Source of the DNA: Neodothiora populina
Taxonomy: Eukaryota
NCBI RefSeq assembly: GCF_041146345.1
Contig: NW_027191410.1
Location: 372,001-436,000, forward strand
DNA: 64,000 bases
Direction of reading: 5' to 3'
Shown: positions 11,066 through 23,636 of the stretch, piece after piece
How the letters are laid out: every line of letters begins with the position of its first letter
Position numbering within the stretch: the stretch's first letter is position 1
The notes under the pieces: model-generated
The model's database searches: none
The model's input: the letters and a program-made list of their open reading frames with translations, nothing else
What the model was told of the DNA's origin: nothing
Translations under genes and position numbers: made by a program

Positions 11066-13321
11066 TCACTTGCTTGCGCTTCCATCCATGAGGCTCTCCC
11101 TCTTCATTCTGCGCCGTCTGCGGGCACTCTCCTTGATCGCTTCTGGAGTTATATAGTCTGAGGGAAGCGTGAACTCTCGCTCCTCGACCTCCGGCAGCGC
11201 CTGACCAAATGCTGTCAGCTTCCTTCCATGCCGCGCCTTTCCCAATGCCGCCGCTCTCAGATGTGGTTTTGCATAGAAGCTCGTGAAAGGCCCTTCGGGT
11301 GTCGGTGGACGGTAAACCACCGGGGGTGGAGGTCGGGGCGGCGCCAAAGCCGGTGCTTTCTCTCGTTGCTGCTGATTCAGAGGCTGTGGATGCTGGAGTG
11401 GCCGTTTGCCCTTGCTACCTTTACCTCCCTTACCACCTCGTCCCTTGCCTCCACCAGATGCTTCCAGCTGGAGCTGACGCGCTGCTGCACCGTCGACATC
11501 ACTAGACGACGGTTCATCTTCCGACCCGTTTACGTCATTACTCGCACCTTCCTCATCGTCACTGTCGTCTTCATCCTCTTCGTCGTCGTCGTCGTCCTCC
11601 TCTTCTGCTGCTGCCGCCGCCTCTTTCTCCATCTTGAGCCGTCTCTCCTCGTCCTTCCAAGTCTTGAACTTCTGCAACAATGCCTGCACTTCGCTGATGA
11701 AATAATCGCGTTTCTGTTCATATTTCCTTGATTCTGTGTCTGTGACGCCGGTTATGCCCATGATTCGGAGCCAGTCGTAGCCTTGCAGGCCGTCCAGCAA
11801 TCTTTCTAGCTGCGCCTTCTCGTGCATTGCCCGCTCTTTCTCGATATTGCGGAGTTGCTTCTCCTTACGCTCTGCGCGACGATGCGCCGTGAAGTAGAAG
11901 GTGTCATTGAGAGGGTCTTTGGGATGGTGACCCACACTCTTTTCAATACTAGAGAAGTCGATCACCTGGGCGCCGTTCAGGCGGTTGCGGTCTTTCGATG
12001 GCGACGTGACGCTCGTCGAAAACGGCTGGGGCTTAGGCGAAGTCAATATGCGTTGCGCTGGGGAGGTCATGTCGGCGTTTTGTGCTTCGAGTCTCTCCTT
12101 GCTCTTTCCTTTGCCTTTTGTCTTAGAGGGTTCTGCGTGGACATGATCAATTATCACGAATCTAGTGTCAACATCTAAGAGTTCTGCGAAACGTCAGTAG
12201 GTGTTACTTTCAGAAGTGACCATGAAGAACGACATACCTGGCTCTTGCGGCGTATCGTACACGACATCCTCGTAGTTCGGAAAGTAGACTGCAAGTTCGC
12301 TCTTCACGCGCGAGCCTTCATCGTGCGATCTCAGACTGCGCCGATCGGCCGTCTTCCTCGTCGGCCTTTGCGCAAGCTCGGCGGCCGAGGGTGCGACTGG
12401 TGCATCCTCGAGAGCGATGGGTGTGGCTGATGGTGACGGTCCGGACACTGCGGGTGATGTAGATTTGACGGCCTGCACGGCATCTTGGGTGAAGCTCAGT
12501 CTCGTCTGCACCCCATTGGTTGTCTTGAGCGCATGGCCATGGGGCCTGGTGAATGTCAATCTAGTCGGCGGCCGCAAGGTTGGTGGCGGCGAGGTATTGT
12601 TGTGTCTAGCATTGACGCCATCGGCGGCGGTAGTGATTGTGTTGAGGGTGGTGGAGTTGCCATCTGTCTTGGCGCTCCGACCTTGACGCGTGTCGGAAGA
12701 CGCGATGGTGGGATCGCGGACAGTCAATTTAATTCGCTTGTTGGATCTCTCGCTGCTGCCTGAGGTGGAGGCAGAGGATTGTGCGTAAAGTATGCCTGGT
12801 TGCGGAGATGCGGGGTCATCGATTTGATGGAGTTGACGATGATGTTGATGGTGTTGTTGTTGTGGTGGTGGTGGTGGTAGTTGATGGTGATGGAGATGAT
12901 GGTGTTGATGATACTGGGGTGGAAGCTGGAGCTGGTGGTGACGATGCTGATGCTGATGATGATGATGATGATGATGCTGAGAGCTCGAAGTGGTGGAGGC
13001 TGAAGCTGAAGCTGAAGCTCGACTGGCCACACCCACGTCCGGGCGAGTCGGTGACTGCCTTGTGAGAGGTCGGAAGGGATTGCCCATACCGATTACTCCC
13101 GACGACCATTTCGGGGTTCTTTCCCTTACTCTGGACGAGTCATCCAATTGCACCGCTATCCCTCCTGGATGCTGCTGCTCCTGTTGCTGCTGCTGGTGCT
13201 GCTGCTTCTGCTGGACTTGGGCCTTTGTGAATCCCGCGTCCTGCAAGCTTTGCAGCAGTGTTCGTTCGCAGCTTCCCCTTTCCGACCCGTTGGCCGTCGC
13301 CGAGGACCAGAGCAGCGTCAT
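11066..13321 (-). CDS. SAS4: SAS4-domain protein (SAS histone acetyltransferase complex subunit); intron 12184-12237; start codon uncertain
   Basis: DPLNDTFYFTAHRRAERKEKQLRNIEKERAMHEKAQLERLLDGLQGYDWLRIMGITG is the SAS4 domain. The intron GTATGT...CTGAC...GCAG joins ORFs 12194-13321 and 11066-12157 in frame (QEP-E-LLDVD). Confidence 0.85.
12835..12976. repeat. Compound coding trinucleotide microsatellite (GAT/GGT/GTT)n encoding His/Gln/Pro runs in the SAS4 N-terminus
   Basis: Runs such as tgatgatgatgatgatgatgatgc and gtggtggtggtggtgg are directly visible. Confidence 0.85.
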
Positions 13322-14026
13322 TGCGCCTCCAATTAGAACTTTAGCTGACCGTCATGTCGGCTATGTCTGTCACGTACACCACTGACTAGATTTGGTTCCG
13401 TACTTGAGATTGTGTGTACTCTGGAATTGTTCTCATATCATTGCTATTGATCGAGTGCTTCACCCTTCAATCCTTTATTGCACGCTCTTCCCTTGCTCAC
13501 GCTAGTTTTGCTTTCCGATCCCACACCTAAACCTTAGAGCACAGAAGCTTACTCTTTGACTGTGTCGGCCATGTTCCGTGCCAAGATGCGGAGTCGAGTC
13601 CTGGCTGGTGCATAAGCGCTTTGCATTTACTAGACTTGGATGTGTACTCCGTAGGTACAAAGTCTCGCCTGAGCCATCATGCATCGACCATTACTCCACA
13701 AATCACAGCAGTGTGATGTGACGGTTCCATCACAGCCGCTGTCGACGGATAGATGCTATAGCTAAGGTATACAGGTCTCACCACACGGCTCCATCTTAGC
13801 TACAGCATGTTCTCTTATACGGAAGGTAAGATTAATATTGTCGTAAATTGCCGCTGTGATTCAGTCCCGGCCTGTTTTATGATAAATCGAAATCGCAACC
13901 AACGCCATGCATCATGTATGCTCTCTCAAGGAATGACTATCGCTCCGCTTGCTGGCTCGCTATCGCCAATGCAAATAACAAAGGTCCAATAAAGATCGTA
14001 AAGATTCCGCAATACCTGGTGTTAGC

Positions 14027-14712
14027 TCAGAGAAGAAGAGCAAAGCCACCGAAGAGGCCTGCAGCAACGACCATCAATCCGTAAGCTTGACCAATCTCAA
14101 GAGCGGTGGCGCCACTCTGACCAGAGGAGCCAGCCGCGGTCGATGTAGCGGCAGATCCTCCAAGTCCAGTAAAGATCGTCTGGCCTGCGCTGTTGGTTGT
14201 CTGACCAGCAGGGGCGTTGGTGGCCGTCTTTGACATGGTCGAGCTGGTGGTTGTGTTCACACGTGTAGGGTTTTGAGCACCGCAGGGGTGATTGGCACGG
14301 CAATCGGACGCGCAGGACGAGTCAGAGCCACAGCCAGTGACACATTGGTTGCCCCATTCGGTGCAGATGAAGTATGGCAGCGTTTGCGAGAACTCGGATG
14401 CATTGGGGGCGATGCCGTTGCTGCACACACAAGAGTAGGTCAAAGTATCGGGATCGCAGGTATTGGCGTCGGTGTCGGAACTGGCCGCAGCGGTCTGCAG
14501 GCAGATGAGTGGGCAGGCGGCCTGTTGCGAACTACACCAACTGTCTACGACATTTGTAAGCTTCGAAAGCAGGATGTCATGGATCCATCTGACTCACCTC
14601 TGGTATCGCTTGACACTGAGTCTGGTGAGATGTAGTAGGTGCCGGCGGTGTTGTTCTGGGAGGCAACCAGGGTAGCCATCATGGCAATGGCCCAAGTGGC
14701 GTAGGAATGCAT
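14027..14712 (-). CDS. Small secreted Cys-rich, probably GPI-anchored cell-surface protein; intron 14545-14597
   Basis: Signal peptide MHSYATWAIAMMATLVAS, then a Cys-rich domain (DSWCSSQQAACPLICLQ...NTCDPDTLTYSCVCSNG...LPYFICTEWGNQC), a Ser/Thr stalk and a hydrophobic tail (YGLMVVAAGLFGGFALLL). Confidence 0.85.
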
Positions 14713-15804
14713 TTTTGGTTGATGTTATGGAATATAGGTAGGCAGGACCTTGATGCAAGGATGTCTCAACAGAAGGCAATCAGATCAGCCGTGCTTGTTA
14801 GACTAGTGCTGAAGTGCTATCCACAATTGATAAGCACAGCGATTGAATGATCAACGATAATGTTACAGGTCAAGGTGAGTGTCAAATCTTGACAATAGCG
14901 ACAGACTATGCACTCTCTTATAACACAACACAAGGGTGAGGGATGTAAAGGGCAGAAGATTCTGGTCACCAGAGCAGGCCATGGTTCAGGCTTTATGGTC
15001 CTCGAATGCAGGCCATAGCTCAGATAGCTATATCAGTTAGCTTGCCACTTGGAATGCACTATCCGTCCTGTTTAATGGACAGAAGTGGATTGGCGCATGG
15101 TCAGTACGCTCCATGCATGTGCGACTAGACCTATTCCCCGGAGGAAAATGATAGAACCTGAAGAAATCTCCCGTCGAAGGCGCGCCTGGCGAGAGGAGCC
15201 CGGCGAACCTCAAACGGCCCAGACGTGGATATGCGTGTGGATAGAGCAGGACGCGTAGGCAACGGTTCTCCACGTTGTCTAAGTACACGGTACGCATTCC
15301 CGTAACCCGATCTCATGTGACTACGAGGCTGTGGATAGGCATCACGGTATGCACATGTAGGAAGGGGTGACTTTATTGAGTCAAGGGTTCGGGGATAAGA
15401 AGTATAGTGTAGTGCTCGGGGAAAATGCTAGACCTGTAGGGATACTTTTATTGGAGAAAGTCTACTTGCAGTAGACGTGGACAGCCCGTGAACCCTGCAT
15501 ATCGCTGGTCTAGCTGCAGAACTGGGTCGATCTTCAATATCTAATCTGGCCAGTTCGACGCGAGCCAAGCCCGGTATAGCTAAGCGTGCTTCTCCATCCT
15601 ACGGCTTGTGTCCACCCAACCTCTCGCCATCCACGCATAGACGTATCGCGATTTCACCGTATCTCACCCCTCGTCTTTCTTCGACGAAAAGGCTGTGCGC
15701 TTGAGACAGACCGTGGATTCCTGGACTAGCCTCCTCTTCTTGCTATTTCTCCCCTGATTTCTCCTTCTACAGGCTAAAGCCATAGAATCCTGCCGAGCCC
15801 ATGG

Positions 15805-16771
15805 ATGGAGCAAACCTCGGAGTCGGAAACTCAGAACGGTGACACCAAGTCTCCCCGCAATAACGGAGGCGCTCTTCCTGAGCTTGTCGCCACCACGACC
15901 GGGAATGATGCAGCAGCAGAGTCAGCATCGATAGAATCACAGCAGCAGCAGCAAGGCTCGAATGTGGCATCGTCCTTGACAGAGGTACCGTCGCTGCCTG
16001 GAACCGCTACCAATACCCCGCCATTCTGGAAAGGTCATGACCGTACTGCCTCATCTGCGAGTGATGTCTCGCCTTTGGAGTCTCGACCCCCACCCATCCA
16101 ACTCGAGGATCATTCCGACGAAGATCACGAATTGGGCAGAGCGTGTTGGGCCAAGCAAGTGACGATCGAGGAGTACACCATCGTCGGTGGGGGTTCAGTG
16201 ACTGGAGCAGGTGCATATGTCGTGTGGATATGCACTGTGGAAACTCTGAAAGGTGCTCCATTCACCATTCGAAAAAGGTAGCTTCCTTTCCCTACTCCAT
16301 CATTGTTTCCGATGTCCTTTATGTTTTTAAGGTTTGCGGGCTGATCACTCGATGTGCTACGTTTGGAGAAAAAGGTATTCGGAATTTGATACATTGAGAG
16401 AGAATCTTGTACGCGCGTTTCCGCACTCAGCGGCTTCTATTCCGGAACTACCTCGAAAAAGTGTCATATGTATGTATAAGGAACTCACCCACTTTTTCTG
16501 CTTGCACCTTCTTCGTACTTTTCAAAAGATAAAGCAAGCTAAGACCATTTACTTCGTTTAACACAGCGCGGTTCAGACCGAAATTCTTAGAGCAACGGAG
16601 AGCTGGACTTTCACATTTCCTCAAGTGAGCCTTCCTGCCCCATCCTGTTCCTTCCTCAGTGGTCCACATGAACTCACCTCATCTAATCTTTCGCCTACCT
16701 CCCACAGCTGCATTCTGCTGAACCCAGAATTTTCCGGTTCACCACTGGTCAAAAACTTTGTATTCTCTTGA
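15805..16771 (+). CDS. YPT35: PX-domain endosomal protein (Ypt35-like); exons 15805-16277, 16375-16469, 16567-16624, 16708-16771
   Basis: The spliced product contains AYVVWICTVETLKGAPFTIRKRYSEFDTLRENL...IPELPRKSVISRFRPKFLEQRRAGLSHFLNCILLNPEFSGSP, a PX domain. Confidence 0.88.
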
Positions 16772-17287
16772 AACTCCAAAAGAACCAAATGAAAACGAGA
16801 ACAAAGCATATTGCAGATCCTGACTACAGAGCATCATGGCATACCCTTGACGAGCGCAACAGTCTTCATCTCTTTCTGTATTCTCTTTGTTGTTCTAGCA
16901 TTTACGTATATTTCACTTATATCCACGGCCACATAATTCGCAGTTTTGAACAAGAAAGGCTTTTCATATTCCATCTCTTACCGCATTCTTCTTTTCCTTA
17001 TTCCCCTTACGGGAACACTTGTTCTGGTGGCAGGCTAAGGATATCCCTTGCCGCTTTTCTGCACAAGATACATGGACAGCCGCAGCCACAAACACTTGCT
17101 AGTGAGAGATAATTGTGCTCATCTCAATGGTTCAGAAGTCAATTAATCATGCCTTGGAACATTCGAAACATATGCAAGCAAACAAGCACAAAATATGAAA
17201 TAATACACATGAGGGAACTATTCGCTTCGAAACAGAAAAAGACCACAGAACTTTCGGCGAATCTCCCTACAAGATAAGGTTGCATTA

Positions 17288-18875
17288 TCACAGACGCGTG
17301 GCTTGCTTCATGAAGAAACCCTTGACAAAAGGCAACTTATCCACGGCCTCGAGGCCGAGTGTCCGCACCCACACGACGGGCCCACTGCCGGCGCTATACA
17401 ACTTGTGCAACTTGTCGACGGTGCCAAGCATGATGTTGTTCTTGGGCCATTGTTCCGCGTTATACGGTTCTAGCGCCCAACTGCTTCCAATGTCTTTGCC
17501 GACCGCGACTGCTTCTCCGATGTGTTTGGCGAGGGACTGGGCGTCGCCCAGTCCGGAATTCAGGCCTTGACCTGCCAGAGGATGTACGGTGTGGGCCGCG
17601 TCGCCGAGCAGAGCGACGCGGTGGCCGATGTATGTGTCTGCGTGGCGCATGCGCAGAGGAAATGAGGCCACGCTGCCTTCCTGCAGGCCTACTACCTTCT
17701 GCGGAACTTTGCGCGGGTCAAATGTGGTGTTTGATTCGCGCCATGAGAACTCGTCGGCTTGGCCTGATGTGATGGTGTGCATGTAGTCGAGGTCCACAGG
17801 CAGGAGTCTGAAGGCGGCATTGACCATTGCGAGGAAGTCGGCGGGGCTGAGGCGTTTGAGCAGGTTGGCTTTGTCGGGGGTTGTTGACCAGACAAGGCTG
17901 GCATGGTTGTTTGGTAGTGGTAGCAATGCGACGGGACCAGAAGGCAGGAAGCGCTGGTAGGCGATCTTGTGTCGCTCACCGCCCCAGCCGAGACCTCTCA
18001 TCTGCAAAGTGGCGACGACACCCTGGCGATCGTAGTCCCATCCTCGCGAAGGAATGTTGGCAAATCCACGTACGGGGCTGTTGGCACCATCTGCTCCGAT
18101 TAGCAAGCGTGCAGCCAGCTTGCGAGAATTCGACAACGACAAGACAGGCCAGGTGGATAGGTCCAGCTCTTCTGTGTCCTGGCCCAGCTCAATCTTGTCC
18201 ACGCGGGTCTTGTCAAAGATGTCTATCGGGGCGGTGGTGGCCAATCGACCGAGTAAAGCGGAGACTGTGTTTGGGTTTTCTGTCATGTAGGCGACGACGT
18301 TTCCTTGTTTCGATGTTCCGGGGATCGTGACGGGATCGAAATTGATGCTGCTGCCGGAAACGCCATCCCAGACCTGCATCGAATGGTACGGCTGAACCCG
18401 TGCCGAGGTGATATGGTCCAATGCTCCTACATCTCTCAAGAACTTGACTGATCCGGGTGTCAGGGAACTACAACGGTTCGAGAACTCCGTGGCGAGGGCA
18501 TCCTTCTGCAGGCTTTTTGAAAGATCTTGGCTTTCGACGAGGGCGATCTTGAGGTTCGCGGTGCGTGGTGACGAACCTGTGATTTCAATCTTTCAGTTCC
18601 GCCCTATACAACCTGACGTTGTTTGTAGTCGGGTTATGCTTACGAAGGGCAGTGAGCAGACTCAGACCAGCCGGTCCACCTCCGACACAAACAATGTCGT
18701 AAATGTCTGGTTTAGCAGCCGGCGACGGCGGCGGCGATGAGTGAGAGGCGTCGGCGGCCAAGGAAGAATGCGACCAGAAAGAGCGGCGGCGAGGATTGAT
18801 GGGGATTAATGATGAGCATCTCCATGATGACATGGAGAAATCACATGGTGTCCTTGGGGAAAGGCGCAGTGGCAT
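17288..18875 (-). CDS. COQ6: Ubiquinone biosynthesis FAD monooxygenase; intron 18577-18643
   Basis: YDIVCVGGGPAGLSL, FSNRCSSLTP, LLIGADGANSPVR, AYQRFLPSGPVALLPL and RVALLGDAAHTVHPLAGQGLNSGLGD, preceded by a mitochondrial-type N-terminus. Confidence 0.95.
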
Positions 18876-20091
18876 TGCCGTGACGAGTGGGTTTGCAATT
18901 GATTAGATGCTCGAGATCTACTCGAATACGCTTGACTTGAAATTCTTTTTGTTGTCGTGGTTGTTATTATTAGGGTATTATGATATAAGACAATTGGGAA
19001 TAACAGGGCGGGAAAGTCTACACGCTACTTCGGCCCATAGTTTTGCTACAATGGCGTGAGATTGACGATTTGACCTTTCTTTTCCCCAGATCTTCCTCGG
19101 AGCATTGACCTTTTCGGGCAAAACAAGGCTCCCCAGCCCGTCAGGGGTTTACGAGGGCTCCGGAGAAGCATTCACGCGAGGACCGAGATTGGTGTTGTTG
19201 CTCGTATATACAGGATGTGGCCAAGTAGGAGCACAGCAGACAGGCAGGCTCGAGAGTCATTCCAGGTCGGGATACCCTGAGGCAGAGGCCGGTCGTTCCA
19301 GTTGCACATGACAATGCACAGCAGTCACGTGGAAGGACTGTTGTAGGCAAAGTGTGTTGTACTGTACAACGATCACACGTTCACCGACGGCTTACGACCG
19401 AGAGTGGTGTGATTGGCTGTCCGAGGTCGGTCAGCTCGGAATCGTCGTCCCTTCACATGTCAAGCGCCGAGTTAGTGCCAGGACGACCACATGCGAACGC
19501 TGCAATTGCCCACTGTTCACTTTATCTGTCATGTCGTCAAACTCCACAATTACCGACCTGCCTTGTTCTGTAAAATCTGGATACCTTATCTAGCAGATTG
19601 TCACGCTTCTGGTCTGCGGTTCCCACGCAATTCACTCTGTGGATCATTGCGCGACGCACAAAAGATCTTCGCTCGCATGCTGTACAATGGTAAATACTAC
19701 ACATATCACCCCCGCGAGGGACAAGCATCCATAGGGTTCAATGTTATTCCCAGACTAACCCGCATTCGTGGCTGCCTCGGCATCCGCTCCCCCAGGATCT
19801 CCACAAGACTGTCCCAATTAGCGCCATCTCGGGCCAGTAACATGTGTATTCCAGTTGCTGCTGACCTTTGATTGTGCGTGTGTGTCTCTCTTATTGCAGA
19901 GAAACCCCCTCTATCTGCCATTTAGTCTTCAGCCCCACACAGTTGGCATTCGGCATCTGCTTCTATTCACGCCGTTTATATATACTTTACCTTGACTCTG
20001 CTCCTTCCTCTTCTCCTTTCCCTTCTTGCCTCGTGATTCGTGATACCCCCTTCTCTTTTTACTCCCCTACTCTCTGTCTTCCACATCAAAT

Positions 20092-22242
20092 ATGCCTCAG
20101 AGAATCATCGTCGTTGGCGCCGGGCGTGAGTTACACCTGATCTGCTCCTCTCGCGCATCGGATCTGCAGTTGGCTAATCGTTTGTTATGCAGTTTCTGGC
20201 TTGAGCGCAGCCCATACCATCTATCTTGCTGGCGGCAATGTCGTCCTTTTGGACAAGAACAGTATGCGCAACCTGATTCTGTTAGTCGAGGGTCCTGTTA
20301 TACTGATTGCTCTTCCCAGACTTCATGGGAGGAAACTCCACCAAGGCCACATCCGGCATCAACGGAGCCCTCACACGCACACAAGTCGACCAGAAGATCC
20401 AAGATAGCGTCAAGCAATTCTACGACGACACCCTCAAGTCTGCCAGAGACAAGGCGAGACCGGACCTGATCAAGGTCTTGACTTACAAGTCCGCTGCAGC
20501 CGTTGAGTGGTTGCAAGATGTCTTCAATCTCGATCTGACGCTCGTGTCACGGCTTGGGTAAGTTGAGATGATCATGCTGCGCATCGTAAAGCTAGGGATG
20601 TGCTGACATTGCCCACAGAGGTCACTCGCAGCCCAGAACCCACCGCGGTCACGATGCCAAATTCCCCGGTATGGCCATCACCTACGCTCTGATGCAGCGC
20701 TTCGAGGAACTAGCCGAGAAAGAACCCGAGCGAGTCCAGCTCATCAAGAAGGCCAAAGTCAACAAAGTCAACAAGGATGGAAATACCGTAAGTGGTGTCA
20801 CATACACATTCAATGGCGAGGAGAACACCATCGACGGTCCCGTCATTCTCGCCACCGGTGGCTACGCTGCCGACTTTACCGAGACTTCTCTCTTGAAGAA
20901 GTGGAGACCCGACACCTTTGGTCTGTCCACCACCAACGGTGCTCACGCCACTGGCGACGGCCACAAGATGTTGATGGACATTGGTGCCAACGGAATCGAC
21001 ATGGACAAGGTGCAGGTTCACCCAACTGGCCTTGTCGATCCCAAGGACCCTGGCTCAAAGTGGAAGTTTCTGGCAGCAGAAGGTGAGCAGTTTGTGTTTT
21101 CTTGAGGAGAAATGTCGTACTGATATCCGCCAGCTCTCCGTGGAGAAGGTGGTCTGCTTCTCAACAACAAGGGACAGCGCTTCTCCGACGAGCTCGGTCA
21201 CAGAGATTATGTTTCGGGCAAGATGTGGGAAGAAAAGGAGAAGGGAACATGGCCCATCCGCCTCATTCTCAACTCCAAGGCTTCCAACGTTCTTGACTTC
21301 CACACCCGTCACTACTCTGGCCGTGGCTTAATGAAGAAGATGACCGGAAAGGAACTTATCAAGGAGATTGGCTGCTCCGAGGCTGATCTCAAGAAGACCT
21401 TCGATGACTACAACGACATCGCCGAAGGCAAGCAAAAGGATCCGTACGGCAAGAAGTACTTTATCAGCACGCCGATGAGCGTCGATGATACCTTCCACGT
21501 GGCTGTCATGGAGCCTGTCCTTCACTTCACCATGGGTGGAATCGAAATCAACGCTTCAGCCCAATGTTTGAACCAGGAGGGCAAGCCATTCAACGGTCTT
21601 TTCGTCTGTGGTGAGCTTGCCGGAGGCGTGCACGGTGCGAACCGTCTCGGTGGTTCGTCACTGCTCGGCTGTGTGGTTTACGGCCGTGTGGCAGGTGAAT
21701 CCGCTAGCAAATATCTTTTCCAGCAAATGCTCACCGGCGGCGGTGCTTCCGCTGCAGCACAACGTCTCGGACAGATCAGTCTTCACATTGACCCAAACAC
21801 ACCCGGCAAGATTTCTGTCGAGTGGGCAAACGGGGTCGGTGCATCTACGTCGAGCGGTTCCGAATCTACACTCGAGAAGCAATCACAAAAGTCGGCAGCA
21901 CCTGTCATGGCAGGGAAGGGCGCCGACTCAAATGACCCGGGCAAGGTGTCCCAGCCGAACAAGATGGAAGACTTCAAGGTGCCGGACAAGGAGTACAGTC
22001 TCGAGGAGGTGGCCAAGCACAACAAGAAGGACGATCTGTGGATCGCCGTCAAGGGTGTGGTGATGAATGTGACGGACTGGGTAGACGAGCACCCTGGCGG
22101 TCCTCAGGCTTTGTTTTCGCACATGGGCAAGGACGCAAGTGAGGAGTTTGAGATGCTGCACGACGATGAGGTTATTCCCAAGTATGCCGCCGGTATTGTC
22201 ATCGGCAAGGTGAAGGGACAGGCTGTCACGTTGGAATATTAA
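20092..22242 (+). CDS. OSM1: Soluble FAD-dependent fumarate reductase (Osm1/Frd1-like) with a C-terminal cytochrome b5 domain; exons 20092-20125, 20193-20261, 20320-20557, 20619-21082, 21134-22242
   Basis: IVVGAGLSGL, GGNSTKATSGINGA, LGGHSQPRTHR, QVHPTG, AEALRGEGG, HFTMGG and GANRLGGSSL. The C-terminus EEVAKHNKKDDLWI...EHPGG...GKDASEEFEMLH is a cytochrome b5 domain. Confidence 0.93.
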
Positions 22243-22723
22243 GTGGATGGAATTTTGTCAATGCAGCAAATGTTAATGATTCCGAAATGAACAAGGTGGA
22301 TTCTCTGATGAATCTGAAACGTCTGCTGTTGTCATTATTTGGCTTCCTTCTCCTATTCATCCTGAGCCGACAAACCCCACCACTGCGGATGGATTCTATA
22401 CACGTATCCGTGATGACTGATAAACAATTTCCATGACTTGCTGACCAGTGGTAAATAATAACAACATTTCATCCGCAGAGCTCGACATAAATAGCACGAT
22501 ATAAACACTCGACAGGGAGGAAAACCCAGCAAAAGAGAACTTCATATTCAAGCATCACTAATCGTACACCGGGGTATCACTCGACATCCAATCCACTTCT
22601 CCTCCTACCGTACAATGACAGACAAGACCAACAAAAGCGATCAAGTCCCAACCCCAGCCAGGCTCCCCCTCATCAAGCCCCATCACCTACCCATCCTCCA
22701 AAAGCAGGAAAAGGCAACAGCAC

Positions 22724-23101
22724 CTAAAGGGCTTTATCAAGCGTGCCCTTCTTCTCAAACTGGCCCGTACGGAACTCATCTCTGCCTCCACGCGCCACGT
22801 ATTCGTCTCTCTGTTGCGCCGCCGTGTCGCCGCTGAAGTGGTCGATTGCGCCGTTGATTTCGCCGCGCAGCGTCTCGCCTATGCCCTGTTTTTCATCCAC
22901 CATCGTTCAGTGACTTGATCTTGATGAGGTGTGTAGAGGGGAGGGGAGGGGAGGGGAGGTGATGCCTACGTGGCCTTTGGCGAAGATTCCCTTGAGGCCT
23001 TCGCCGGCTTTTGCGCCTGTTGATGCGCCGCCTGTAGAGGTGCTTGTGGTTGTGGTGGGTGCGGAGCCCGTGCCGTAGGTGTAGGTTTGGTTGTGGGTCA
23101 T
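22724..23101 (-). CDS. Small hydrophilic Gly/Thr-rich fungal protein (~97 aa); intron 22886-22969
   Basis: The intron GTAGGC...ACTGAAC...AACAG joins ...GEGLKGIFAKGH|GIGETLRGEINGAIDHFSGDTAAQQRDEYVARGGRDEFRTGQFEKKGTLDKAL*. Exon 2 is missing from the ORF track. Confidence 0.8.
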
Positions 23102-23636
23102 TTTGTTCGTTACTTTACTTTGGTTTTATCCTGGTGCAGAGTTGATGGTTGTTTTGTATAGAAGGTGATGTGTATTTTGGATGTGTAAATAGATTGGACA
23201 CAGGTTCGCTTTGTGGGTGGGGTATACATATATATACTCGGAGAAAGTAAATGGTTTCCGAACGGAGAGACACGGCAACCAGCACAAATGTCACACGCCC
23301 ACAACTAAGGTAAATCAAGCAATTCCATCAAGCATTCGTCACCCACACGACACCAAACTCTGTCAATCAAATCCAGAAAGAGACGCGGCCAGTCCGGTCG
23401 GTCGATGACCAGAAACAAGTAGAAAAAAACGACATCATAGGTGGGTTGTCGGTGGATTTCCCCAGGGTCCGTAACTGACGTCATGGAAATCACATGTGTG
23501 TCTTGTTCCTCCATACCCGGATCTAGACCATTGCTCGAGGATAGGCTGTGGAAAATCACGGTATTATCGCCATTGGATCTGCAGTCTTACGTGATATTAA
23601 TTCTCTCTTTGGCTCTCGAAGGTAGACCCTCGAAAG

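Noticed and set aside
22305..22335. Hammerhead-like core CTGATGA-ATCT-GAAAC...GTC
   Set aside because: There is no stem II and stem I cannot pair, so this is a chance match in a 3' UTR.
22410..22444. C box GTGATGA ... D box CTGA
   Set aside because: Only ~35 nt long with no terminal stem, too short for a C/D snoRNA.
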